Below are positions 1 to 11,600 of a stretch of DNA of 49,104 nucleotides, piece by piece. The position numbers were made by a program, and so were the translations under genes. Numbering within the stretch: position 1 is the stretch's first letter; each line of letters opens with the position of its first letter. Source of the DNA: Callorhinchus milii (taxonomy: Eukaryota). Location of the stretch: positions 1 to 49,104 of the forward strand of contig NW_024705391.1 in assembly GCF_018977255.1 (NCBI RefSeq). The letters are read 5' to 3'. The notes below the pieces were generated by a model. It saw nothing but the letters and a program-made list of their open reading frames with translations. It was not told the origin of the DNA and searched no databases.

Positions 1-98
1 TTAGTATGCCTCATTTAAACAAAAGGGAGGAATTCACTTTTTCTTGGAAAATGTAGCTATGAAAATTTGGATGATTTTGGCATAAAACTGCATAGGTG

Positions 99-286
99 CC
101 CTAATCCTTACTACCCCTACCCTAGCCCTTAGCCCTATCCCTAACCCCTAAACCTAGCCTCTAACCCTAAACTTAACCTAACCCTACCCTAAACCCATAA
201 CCATAACTCTAACCACACCCTAACCATAACCCTAACCCGTAACCCTAATTCTAACCCCTAACCTAATTCCTAAACCTAATCCCAAA
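99..286. repeat. Degenerate (CCCTAA)n telomere-like tract, copy 1
   Basis: ccctaa/cctaac/ccataa variants over ~190 bp. Confidence 0.9.
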
Positions 287-290
287 CTTT

Positions 291-611
291 CGATTTTAAA
301 GCTTTCGTGACTGCAGGGATTCATCGTCTTGTTCTTTCGGTAAAGTCACGTAGAAGGAATAATAAAATAATACAAATAAAACATAAAACAATTCTCACGA
401 CGTTTCGGCCACAACTCAAGCAGCCGTCCTCAGGTGAAACCAGGTCTGTCGAGGCGACAGCGTCTGAATGACGTCTCTGAATGACGTCTGAATGACGCTG
501 TCGCCGGCTGCTTGCTGTTGTGGCCGAAACGTCGTGAGAATTATTTATTATGTTTTATTTTTATTATTTATTACTTCCCTTCTACGTGATGACTTTACGA
601 AAGAACCAAGA
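291..611 (-). mobile_element. Penelope-like element pseudo-LTR (minus strand, ~291-440) plus inverted truncated copy (505-611)
   Basis: Minus strand reads hammerhead core, AT-rich linker, CGTGACT-ttaccgaaagaaccaaga...AGTCACG-aaagctt, the layout I recall for Poseidon/Penelope pLTRs. Arms 327-426 and 505-611 are inverted repeats. No database search was run. Confidence 0.72.
394..438 (-). ncRNA. Minimal type I hammerhead ribozyme, copy 1
   Basis: TTCAC-CTGAGGA-C-GGCTGC-TTGAGTT-GTGGCC-GAAA-CGTC-GTGAG: intact CUGAnGA/GAAA core, stems I and II pair, palindromic ACGT stem III, GUC cleavage triplet. Confidence 0.8.
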
Positions 612-1343
612 AGACTAATCCCAACCCCCAATTGATATGCCTTTAAACGCGTCTCAGCGAGATGAGCTGAATTGTATATGGCGCGACTCTGTCGGGTAGA
701 GTCGAAGGGCACACACCACTTGCTTGTTGTGGACTTGTGGAACCGGGGCGGCATTTTGCATTGAAGTCGATGATGGCTGTGATTGTTGACGATTTGAAGC
801 GCACTGTTTGGGAATGCAGTGCGTTTCACTATTTCAGCACCGATGTTCACAAATATGCAACGGTCTAAACGTATGGGACAGCTTGGGATGTCAATGCAGT
901 AGTTTGTTATTTGAAAATCCGTGAAGAAATAAAGAATTGCAATGCAAATCGGCCGCAGAGTTTAGTTTTTTTTTACCCGGCGCTTGACGTGTTACGTGTG
1001 CCCTCTAGTGGACAAGTGCAGTACCACAAGTCAAGATTTACTACCACACGCATTCAATTCGTGGTTACATCTGCTATGTGGTGGACATGTGCAGTGTAGG
1101 CCAACACAGTTCGCCAGCAGTTGCCGCTGTCAGGCGTCACCCGCGCGTTCCCCGCAGTTGTGAGTCGCTGCTGCTGCTGCGGCGTCCTGGCGTTAGTCCC
1201 AAGCGGTTGGCGGCGATGAAGCCGTGAAGACGCCGCACAGCGCCACTGCTGCTGTCACCGCGCCAGGCGCTGCAGTGGTACCACGTGACCACACGGTGGC
1301 GATACAGCGCCATGTTGTATTATATTCATATCTTAGGTTTTTT

Positions 1344-1514
1344 CGGTAAAGTCACGTAGGTACAAAATTAATAAAAGTAAAATTAAAATAACTTTTATTA
1401 AAAAATTAAAATGAATAAAGTAAAATAAAAATAACTTTATTAAAAAAATAAAATGAATAAAAGTAAAATAAAACTAACTTTTATTATTTTTTTTTCCCTT
1501 ACGTGACTTTACCG
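1344..1514. repeat. Second, shorter inverted repeat of the PLE motif CGGTAAAGTCACGTAG around a ~44-bp AT-rich tandem repeat (also 4650-4815, 15132-15301, 20456-20627)
   Basis: cggtaaagtcacgtagg ... (cc)tacgtgactttaccg. Confidence 0.85.
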
Positions 1515-1694
1515 TGATCCAACGAGCTGACATTTTCCACACAGACTCGTTGTGCGTGACAATTAATGTTCGTGAAAAAATTTCCAAATTTACACTTTAG
1601 GCAAAAAAAAATATTTTACATTATTCAAATAAACTCATTCATGGCTTTGGCTGAACGTCAAGTTTAGAGCCAGAGCGTACACCTCCACAGGCCT

Positions 1695-1765
1695 GGCGGA
1701 GTAGCGCAGTTGGTAGCGCCCTCGCTTCCATGCAAAGGTTGCGGATCGATCCCCGCGTCCTCCCA
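1695..1765 (+). pseudogene. tRNA-Ala-derived tRNA-like unit (indel-damaged)
   Basis: Same unit as 5008-5080 with small deletions. Confidence 0.7.
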
Positions 1766-2374
1766 GTCGAATATATTTTTAAATCCTTTATATTAAGTTC
1801 GCTTGCTTGGCGCTTACGACCGTGCAAATCTTTCGGTCGTTTTTTAACCCACTTCCCGTGATCCAATCGAGCTGACATTTTCACACAGACTCGTTGTGCG
1901 TGACAATTATTTTCGTGAAAATTTTTTCCAAAATTTTACACTTTTTAGGAAAAAATATTATATTTAATTACCAATTGCTTAATGCTGGCAGGCAATCATC
2001 TGACCCATAGGTGGCAGCCATCTCAAGCCAGAGGACGAGAGGACTCTAGCCGCCACGCATATAAAGGATTTAAGTGAAAAACTTTGTTTTTACGGGTTAA
2101 TTTTTAAATCCTTTATATTAAGTTCACTTGCTTGCTTGCTTTGGACCGTGTAAATCTTGCGGTCGTTTTTAACCCACTTCCGGTGATCCAATCGAGCTGA
2201 CATTTTCCACACAGACTCGTTGTGCGTGACAATTAATGTTCGTGAAAAAAAATTCCAAAATTTTACACTTTTTAGGCAAAATTATTATTTTCCATTTATT
2301 CAAATAGAACTCATTCATGGCTTTGGCTGAACGTCACAGTGTAGGAGCCCAGAGCGTGACACCTCCACAGGCCT

Positions 2375-2444
2375 GGCGGAGTAGCGCAGTTGGTAGCGCC
2401 TCGCTTCCATGCCAAAGGTCGCGGGATCGATCCCGCGTCCTCCA
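2375..2444 (+). pseudogene. tRNA-Ala-derived tRNA-like unit (indel-damaged)
   Basis: Same unit as 5008-5080 with small deletions. Confidence 0.7.
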
Positions 2445-3404
2445 CAGGCGAATATATTTTAAATCCTTTATTAAATCCTTTATTTCAAGTTCGCTTGCTT
2501 GCTTGCTGTGCGCTTACGACCGTGCAAATCTTTCGGTCGTTTTTTAACCCACTTCCCGTGATCCAATCGAGCTGAAATTTTGCACACAGACTCGTTGTGT
2601 TTGACAATTAATGTTCGTGAAAATTTTTCTTTTCCAAAAATTTACACTTTAATTACCAATTGCTTAATGCTGCCATGCAATCATCTGACCCATAGGTGGC
2701 AGCCATCTCAAGCCAGAGGACGAGAGGACTCTAGCCGCCACGCATATAAAGGATTTAGAGTGAAAAACTTTGTTTTTACGGGTTATACTTGTTTACATGA
2801 CATGTTCATGGTGAAATATCCTACTTTTAATGCAATATATAGCATACTAATGCTAAACAAAAAGAGGAATTAACTTTTGTTGAAAAAGAAAGCTGTAAAA
2901 ATTTGGCCAATATTGGCCAAAAACGGCATAGGTTAGTATGCCGATTTTCTTCTTGTGGGACGTAAACATTTCATCGTGAAATTTTCCCTTTTAATCTAAT
3001 ACATAGCATAATAAGGCTAAATACAATAGAGGAATGAACTATTGTCCAAAAATAAAGCTGTGAAAGTTTGGCCACTATTGGCCAAAAACGGCATAGATTA
3101 GTATGCCGATTTTCTTTTTTTACTTGAAAATTTCATGGTGAAATTTCCAACTTTTTTACGTAATATATCGGATATATAAGGCTAAACAACCCCGAGGATT
3201 GCACTTTTGTTGAAAAAGAAAGCTGTAAAAATTTGGCCAACATTGGCCAAAAACGGCATAGGTTAGTATGCCTCCATGGTGAAATATCCTACTTTTAATG
3301 CAATATATAGCATACTAATGTTAAACAAAAGGGAGGAATTCACTTTTTCTTGGAAAATGTAGCTATGAAAATTTGGATGATTTTGGCATAAAACTGCATA
3401 GGTG

Positions 3405-3594
3405 CCCTAATCCTTACTACCCCAACCCTAACCCTTAGCCCTAACCCTAACCCTAAACCCTAGCCCCTAACCCTAAACTTAACCCTAACCCTACCCTAAA
3501 CCCATAACCATAACTCTAACCCACACCCTAACCATAACCCTAACCCGTAACCCTAATTCTAACCCCTAACCTAATTCCTAAACCTAATCCCAAA
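3405..3594. repeat. Degenerate (CCCTAA)n tract, copy 2
   Basis: Same variant order as 99-286. Confidence 0.9.
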
Positions 3595-3598
3595 CTTT

Positions 3599-3917
3599 CG
3601 ATTTAAAGCTTTCGTGACTGCAGGGATTCATCGTCTTGGTTCTTTCGGTAAAGTCACGTAGAAGGGAAATAATAAAATAATACAAATAAAACATAAAACA
3701 ATTCTCACGACGTTTCGGCCACAACTCAAGCAGCCGTCCTCAGGTGAAACCAGGTCTGTCGAGGCGACAGCGTCTGAATGACGTCTGAATGACGTCGAAT
3801 GACGCTGTCGCCGGCTGCTTGCTGTTGTGGCCGAAACGTCGTGAGAATTATTTATTATGTTTTATTTTTATTATTTTATTACTTCCCTTCTACGTGACTT
3901 TACCGAAAGAACCAAGA
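3599..3917 (-). mobile_element. PLE pseudo-LTR inverted pair, copy 2
   Basis: Homologous to 291-611. Confidence 0.72.
3704..3748 (-). ncRNA. Minimal hammerhead ribozyme, copy 2
   Basis: Identical to 394-438. Confidence 0.8.
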
Positions 3918-5007
3918 AGACTAATCCCAACCCCCAATTGATATGCCTTTAAACGCGTCTCAGCGAGATGAGTTGAATTGTATATGGCGCGACTGTCGGG
4001 TAGAGTCGAAGGGCACACACCACTTGCTTGTGTGACTTGTGGAACCGGGGCGGCATTTTGCATTGAAGTCGATGATGGCTGTGATTGTTGACGATTTGAA
4101 GCGCACTGTTTGGGAATGCAGTGCGTTTCACTATTTCAGCACCGATGTTCACAAAATATGCAACGGTCTAAACGTATGGGACAGCTTGGGATGTCAATGC
4201 AGTAGTTTGTTACTTGAAAATCCGTGAAGAAATAAAGAATTGCAATGCAAATCTGCCGCAGAGTTTAGTTTTTTTTTACCCGGCGCTTGACGTGTTACGT
4301 GTGCCCTCTAGTGGACAAGTGCAGTACCACAAGTCAAGATTTACTACCACACGCATTCAATTCGTGGTTACATCTGCTATGTGGTGGACATGTGCAGTGT
4401 AGGCCAACACAGTTCGCCAGCAGTTGCCGCTGTCAGGCGTCACCCCGCGCGTTCCCCGCAGTTGTGAGTCGCTGCTGCTGCTGCGGCGTCCTGGCGTTAG
4501 TCCCAAGCGGGTTGGCGGCGATGAAGCCGTGAAGACGCCGCACAGCGCCACTGCTGCTGTCACCGCGCCAGGCACTGCAGTGGTACCACGTGACCACACG
4601 GTGGCGATACAGCGCCATGTTGTATTATATTCATATTCTTAGGTTTTTTCGGTAAAGTCACGTAGGTACAAAATAATAAAAAGTAAAATAAAATAACTTT
4701 TATTAAAAAATAAAAAAAAAAGTAAAATAAAAATAACTTTTATTAAAAAATTAAAATGAATAAAAGTAAAATAAAACTAACTTTATTATTTTTTTTTCCC
4801 TACGTGACTTTACCGTGATCCAATCGAGCTGACATTTTCCACACAGACTCGTTGTGCGTGACAATTAATGTTCGTGAAATTTTTTTCCAAAATTTTACAC
4901 TTTCTAGGCAAAAAAAATATTTTACATTTATTCAAATACAACTCATTCATGGCTTTGGCTGAACGTCACAGTTTAGGAGCCCAGAGCGTGACACCTCCAC
5001 AGGCCCT

Positions 5008-5080
5008 GGCGGAGTAGCGCAGTTGGTAGCGCCCTCGCTTCCCATGCCAAAGGTTGCGGGATCGATCCCCGCGTCCTCCA
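5008..5080 (+). pseudogene. 73-nt tRNA-Ala(AGC)-derived tRNA-like/SINE-head unit with CCC in the anticodon position
   Basis: D stem GCGC/GCGC; T stem GCGGG/CCCGC with the ATCG T-loop typical of eukaryotic tRNA-Ala; loop TTCCCAT. Acceptor and anticodon stems each have two mismatches. A box TAGCGCAGTTGG, B box GATCGATCC, TTTT ~13 nt downstream. Confidence 0.82.
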
Positions 5081-5874
5081 CAGTCGAATATATTTTAAAT
5101 CCTTTATTAAATCCTTTATATTAAGTTCGCTTGCTTGCGCGCTTACGACCGTGCAAATCTTCAGGTCGTTTTTTAACCCACTTCCCGTGATCCAATCGAG
5201 CTGAAATTTTGCACACAGACTCGTTGTGCGTGACAATGTTCGTGAAAATTTTTAATTTTTTTTATACTTTTTAGGACAAAAATATTATATTTAATTACCA
5301 ATTGCTTAATGCTGCCATGCAATCATTTGACCCATAGGTGGCAGCCATCTGAAGCCAGAGGACGATAGGACTCTATCCGCCACGCATATAAAGGATTTAT
5401 AGTGAAAAACTTTGTTTTTACGGGTTATTTTTTTTTTACATGAGATGTTCATGGTGAAATATCCTACTTCTAATGCAATATATAGCATACTAATGCTAAA
5501 CAAAAGGGAGGAATTAACTTTTGTTGATAACGAAAGCTGTAAAAATTTGGCCAATATTGGCCAAAAACGGCATAGGTTAGTATGCCGATTTGCTTCTTTT
5601 TAAATATTTTATATTAAGTTCACTTGCTTGCTTGCTTTGGACCGTGTAAATCTTGCGGTCGTTTTTTAACCCATTTCCGGTGATCCAATCGAGCTGACAT
5701 TTTCCACACAGACTCGTTGTGCGTGACAATTAATGTTCGTGAAAAAAAAATTCCAAAATGTTACACTTTTTAGGCAAAATTTTTTATTTTCCATTTATTC
5801 AAATAGAACTCATTCATGGCTTTGGCTGAACGTCACAGTGTAGGAGCCCAGAGCGTGACACCTCCACAGGCCCT

Positions 5875-5947
5875 GGCGGAGTAGCGCAGTTGGTAGCCTC
5901 CTCGCTTCCCATGCCAAAGGTCGCGGGGTCGATCCCCGCATCCTCCA
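5875..5947 (+). pseudogene. tRNA-like unit (D stem and B box variant)
   Basis: 73-nt copy with tagcctcc and ggggtcgatcc variants. Confidence 0.78.
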
Positions 5948-6903
5948 CAGGCGAATATATTTTAAATCCTTTATTAAATCCTTTATTAATCCTTTATTTC
6001 AAGTTCGCTTGCTTGCTTGTGCGCTTACGATCGTGCAAATCTTTCGGTCGTTTTTTAACCCACTTCCCGTGATCCAATCGAGCTGAAATTTTGCACACAG
6101 ACTCGTTGTGTTTGACAGTTAATGTTCGTGAAAAATGTTGTCCAAAATGTTACACTTTAATTACCAATTGCTTAATGCCTCCATGCAATCATCTGACCCA
6201 TAGGTGGCAGCCATCTCAAGCCAGAGGACGAGAGGACTCTAGCCGCCACGCATCTAAAGGATTTAGAGTGAAAAACTTTGTTTTTACGGGTTATACTTGT
6301 TTACATGGCATGTTCATGGTGAAATATCCTACTTTTAATGCAATATATAGCATACTAATGCTAAACAAAAGGGAGGAATTAACTTTTGTTGAAAAAGAAA
6401 GCTGTAAAAATTTGGCCAATATTGACCAAAAACGGCATAGGTTAGTATGCCGATTTGCTTCTTTTTTACATGAAATGTTCATGGTGAAATATCCTACTTT
6501 TAATGCAATATATTGCATACTAATGCTAAACAAAAGGGAGGAATTAACTTTTGTTGAAAAAGAAAGCTGTAAAAATTTGGCCAATATTGGCCAAAAACGG
6601 CATAGGTTAGTATGCCGATTTGCTTCTTTTTAAATATTTTATATTAAGTTCACTTGCTTGCTTGCTTTGGACCGTGTAAATCTTGCGGTCGTTTTTTAAC
6701 CCATTTCCCGTGATCCAATCGAGCTGACATTTTCCACACAGACTTGTTGTGCGTGACAATTAATGTTCGTGAAAAAAAATTCCAAAATTTTACACTTTTT
6801 AGGCAAAAAAAATTATTTTACATTTATTCAAATAGAACTCATTCAAGGCTTTGGCTGAACGTCACAGTTTAAGAGCCCAGAGCGTGACATCTCCACAGGC
6901 CCT

Positions 6904-6976
6904 GGCGGAGTAGCGCAGTTGGTAGCGCCCTCGCTTCCCATGCCAAAGGTTGCGGGATCGATCCCCGCGTCCTCCG
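6904..6976 (+). pseudogene. tRNA-like unit
   Basis: 73-nt copy ending in G at the discriminator position. Confidence 0.78.
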
Positions 6977-7622
6977 CAGTCGAATATATTTTTAATTCTT
7001 TATTAAATCCTTTATTAAATCCTTTATTTCAAGTTCGCTTGCTTGCTTGCGCGCTTACGACCGTGCAAATCTTTCGGTCGTTTTTTAACCCACTTCCCGT
7101 GATCCAATCGAGCTGACATTTTCCACACAGACTCGTTGTGCGTGACAATTATTTTCGTGAAATTAATTTTCCAAAATTTTACACTTTTTAGGAAAAAATA
7201 TATATATTTAATTACCAATTGCTTAATGGTGGCAGGCAATCATCTGACCCATAGGTGGCAGCCATCTCAAGCCAGAGGACGAGAGGACTCTAGCCGCCAC
7301 GCATATAAAGGATTTAGAGTGAAAAACTTTGTTTTTACGGGTTAATTTTTAAATCCTTTGTATTAAGTTAACTTGCTTGCTTGCTTTGGACCGTGTAAAT
7401 CTTGCGGTCGTTTTTTAACCCACTTCCGGTGATCCAATCGAGCTGACATTTTCCACACAGACTCGTTGTGCGTGACAATTAATGTTCGTGAAAAAAAAAT
7501 TCCAAAATTTTACACTTTTTAGGCAAAACATTTTTATTTTCCATTTATTCAAATAGAACTCATTCATGGCTTTGGCTGAACGTCACAGTGTAGGAGCCCA
7601 GAGCGTGACACCTCCACAGCCT

Positions 7623-7695
7623 GGCGGAGTAGCGCAGTTGGTAGCGTCTTTGCTTCCCATGCCAAAGGTCGCGGGATCGATCCCCGCATCCTCCA
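7623..7695 (+). pseudogene. tRNA-like unit
   Basis: 73-nt copy. Confidence 0.78.
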
Positions 7696-8594
7696 CAGGC
7701 GAATATATTTTAAATCCTTTATTAAATCCTTTATTTCAAGTTCGCTTGCTTGCTTTGTGCGCTTACGACCGTGCAAATCTTTCGGTCGTTTTTTAACCCA
7801 CTTCCCGTGATCCAACCGAGCTGAAATTTTGCACACAGACTCGTTGTGTTTGACAATTAATGTTCGTGAAATTTTTTTCCAAAATTTTACACTTTAATTA
7901 CCAATTGCTTAATGCTGCCATGCAATCATCTGACCCATAGGTGGCAGCCATCTCAAGCCAGAGGACGAGAGGACTCTAGCCGCCACGCATCTAAAGGATT
8001 TTGAGTGAAAAACTTTGTTTTTACGGGTTATACTTGTTTACATGACATGTTCATGGTGAAATATCCTACTTTTAATGCAATATATAGCATACTAATGCTA
8101 AACAAAACAGAGGAATTCACTTTTGTTGAAAAAGAAAGCTGTAAAAATTTGGCCAATATTGGCCAAAAACGGCATAGGTTAGTATGCCGATTTTCTTCTT
8201 GTGGGACGTAAACATTTCATTGTGAAATTTTCCCCGTTTAACCTAATACATAGCATAATAACGCTAAATACAATAGAGGAATGAACTATTGTCCAAAAAT
8301 GAAGCTGTGAAAGTTCGGCCACTATTGGCCAAAAACGGCCTAGATTAGTATGCCGATTTTCTTTTTTTTACTTGAAAATTTCACGGTGAAATTTCCAACT
8401 TTTTTACGTAATATATCGGATATATAAGGCTAAACAACCCCGAGGATTGCACTTTTGTTGAAAAAGAAAGCTGTAAAAATTTGGCCAACATTGGCCAAAA
8501 ACGGCATAGGTTAGTATGCCGATTTGATTCTTTTTTACATGAAATGTTCATGGTGAAATATCCCACTTTTAATGCAATATATAACATACTAATG

Positions 8595-8624
8595 NNNNNN
8601 NNNNNNNNNNNNNNNNNNNNNNNN
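8595..8624. other. Assembly gap (30 N)
   Basis: Run of N. Confidence 1.
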
Positions 8625-11600
8625 TTATGGAGTGCATTAATCACCAGACTGTCTGACACGCGCTGACGGCTAGCATCGGCGGTCCCTATTCTTGACTGCG
8701 GCATTCATCAGAGTGTCATATGCCTAGATACTTTTCGCGAAGGGTGCTGGGAGTATAGACTAATACTACCGTTGCCCTAAAAGTTGAACTTTGTAGCATT
8801 ATTCTGCAGAATGTAGTTGTCCGCGATAACACCCTAATTCCCGACGAGTCCCGCATTTCTTAGCGTTTGCCGGTAACTATCGATGAGCAATCACCCTTAC
8901 CAAAGCCTGGAGTTTCTTTCCTAGCTAACGCGGTTGCACTGGCACAATTTGAGGGGCAACCGAACAAACATGGTTCAGCTGCTGGACTCAATGAACTGAC
9001 AAATCGTAAGCAACGGGCTCCGGGTCGAAGACCACCATCCAGAATAAGTAAAGTCTAACGACGCCCCCCCCACCTGGTCCGTATTCGGGCAGCGCATACT
9101 CATTGTTTTGCGTTACTCTGGAAATTACAAATAAATCGGCGGAGCAGAGATTTAGATACACGACAGACATGGGAGTGAACCTAGTAAAACTCATCCTTAG
9201 ACAGGATGCCCAGGACTGCAGCGCTGCAAGAGGGACACCATCCCATATGAGTCACCGTGTGCTCTTGAGTCGAGGCCTGTTTACCGAGCTCTATGTGAAG
9301 GGGGCGGCTTCGCGAATGGCCATTCCCACTACGGCGCCGGTGCTAGGTATCGGAGTCTGCTCAATATTAAGCGGTTTGTTGGCGTTGAAAAATACGAAAG
9401 TCCGCCGACGCGTGGGTGCGGTGAGGGTGTAAAGTTCTTGCGCGCATGTCCCCGGAACCTCCACCGTTATAGGAAAATGGCTATCTATATTAACAACTTT
9501 TCGTACTGGGGGTGAGATATACACGATTGAGCCACCAGTTATGTGGCTACTCCCAGCACAAAGGCTCTGGTGCCTCCTGGACGAGGCTTTGGGTCTAGTC
9601 TTCGCCATTTGTAACCCTATTGCGAGACGTGGAACCTTAGCCAACTTGATGCGTGAATTGTTAGGGCTTGTAACTTTGTTTAAAATATTAGTAACTGAAG
9701 TAACGGCAGAACGTCAGCGCTTATTATTGCGCTGCCACGTGGAGGTGAGATCAGTTTGCGCATAGCTATCTGGTGTTTATTGTTCAGAAATTGATCGCAG
9801 AGAATTGGCATCTCGCTGTTACTAACGCAAGATGGTTTAACTACCATACCCGACAGTAATAGGGCAGCTGCCCTCGGAAGAGCAATTTAGCAGGCTTGTA
9901 TAGAATAGATAGTCCAATCAGGCGATATGATGCTATGGATGAAGTGGTAACGCGATAGTGCCGTTCGCTGTGTTAGGGTAGTTAGTAAGGACGCCTAGAC
10001 GCTGAACATTATGACGATCACAGCGGAGTAACATTTGTCAAGATGTTACATTGTTCATAGTGCTAAGTGGCTGTATTTGCTCGAGGATTCATCGGTAGTA
10101 GGGAGGCTTAAAAGGGACAATCTGCTATTGCGGATGTCTCGTTAGATTATGCACGGGGGGGGCCACAGCCCTTCCCGTAGCCAAACAGTGCAGGAAATTG
10201 GGCAGAACGTAGAACGATTCTCATCACAGAATCTACAACTACTTATTAGTCAAGACCCTTGAGCTGAGATCGAACGCATCCTTAAAGTGGTATTTAGTCA
10301 CACGTAAAAGCGAGGACCACAAGTGTTATCGCTAACTTGTCGTATGGGATCAAATATGCGTATTGTTCGGTAGGTCCGCCGTATTAAGGCAGACTTCCAC
10401 CGCATCTGCGCATCACAGTGTGTTCCAACTATAGATCGTGCCAGGCTGCGGGAGCGCACATATCGCAAAGGGCACACACCGCCCAACCCCCGTTACCAAC
10501 ATTGCGGAGATCACTCGATTACGAAACTCAATGGCTCACGCGATGGGAACCGCCGTCTGTCTCGGGGTCAGCTAGGAGTTTGCTGCCGATAGAAAGTTTG
10601 ATGGGATTTTGTATAGGTGAGTGGGTTTTTGGCGACTATATCTCATGCGTACCGGTTATCGAATCGCTGTTGCAGGTTTACGAGCATTTATTAGGCATGC
10701 TGAGCCTTATGTGCTAGCTTATCCGCGAGCCATCTGTCGGATAATTTTCCTCCGACAACTGTTAATCGTTATAACGATACTGCTGACGGACGTGGTACTT
10801 AATACTCAAGCTCTACCCTCGTTCCTCCATACATGCGATATCGCTAATGTCTCGATAATGGGGTTAGGATTTGATTGTAGTAAAGCGTCTTTCCAGGAGC
10901 ACGTGTGGTTATTCCGTTAGACAATGATAAACGATCTTCTTGTCTCCTACCTGCTATATCCAGGTGAATAAAATTAGAGTGTGACCGGAGGATCGTTCTG
11001 GCGCAGTTGGTCCCAGGGCCATCGAATTAGCTAACGTTAGCGATAGTTTGGTAAGATGCTCGCAGAACGTCATGGTAATTCGACGTACCATTCCAAAGCT
11101 GAAGTCTATGAGAAGAGCACTCCGAGCACAATCTTGCCGAGAAGTAGAATGCTATGGACGAAGAACAGACAGGATGGTGATACTATATGAAAGTACAGGC
11201 GTGCATGCAGGAATCTTATGGCGCCTTGGATCAGACGCCCTCGGTATACTGAATCAGGCTACCCACGTATTATTCTACCAGGCTAATATTCCAGCCGCGC
11301 GAATAAAGGCGCACGTTCCGCCGAGGCAACGAGCTGGATGCGGAATACGCAAGTTTACCGGGCGCGGTATAGGCTAATTGTCGCAGCTTGTGTTACTAAT
11401 CGATTTTTAAACCGTACAAGGCAGTCCTGCTGCCTCAAACTCCTTAGGTGATCATTGTACCCCCGACCAGACGTGCCGTAGCGCTAGTTTCTATGTTCGT
11501 GCGAATATAGTCTTGGGCAAAAGGTAGCGGGGGTAACCCACACTAGGATATTTCTGTACATTCAGGCTTTGCGTTCCATACATTGGATGGACTTGGTTTG

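Larger units (their letters stand above)
1..8594 (+). repeat. Composite macrosatellite, left domain: higher-order units of telomere-like block + PLE inverted repeat + ~730-bp cassette + A/B/C/D modules
   Basis: Near-identical blocks recur. CCCTAA blocks start at 99 and 3405, and the landmark gctaaatacaatagagg is at 3016 and 8263. Confidence 0.95.

Noticed and set aside
99..286. True chromosome end
   Set aside because: Short, degenerate, internal, and copied with the same variants in each unit.
5008..5080. Functional tRNA-Gly(CCC) gene cluster
   Set aside because: The body is tRNA-Ala-like and both acceptor and anticodon stems are mismatched.
8995..9930. Plus frame with ~310 codons lacking TGA and only one stop between 9052 and 9762 (possible stop recoding)
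   Set aside because: About the longest such run expected by chance in six frames of 4.9 kb; the residue composition looks random and no motifs are present.
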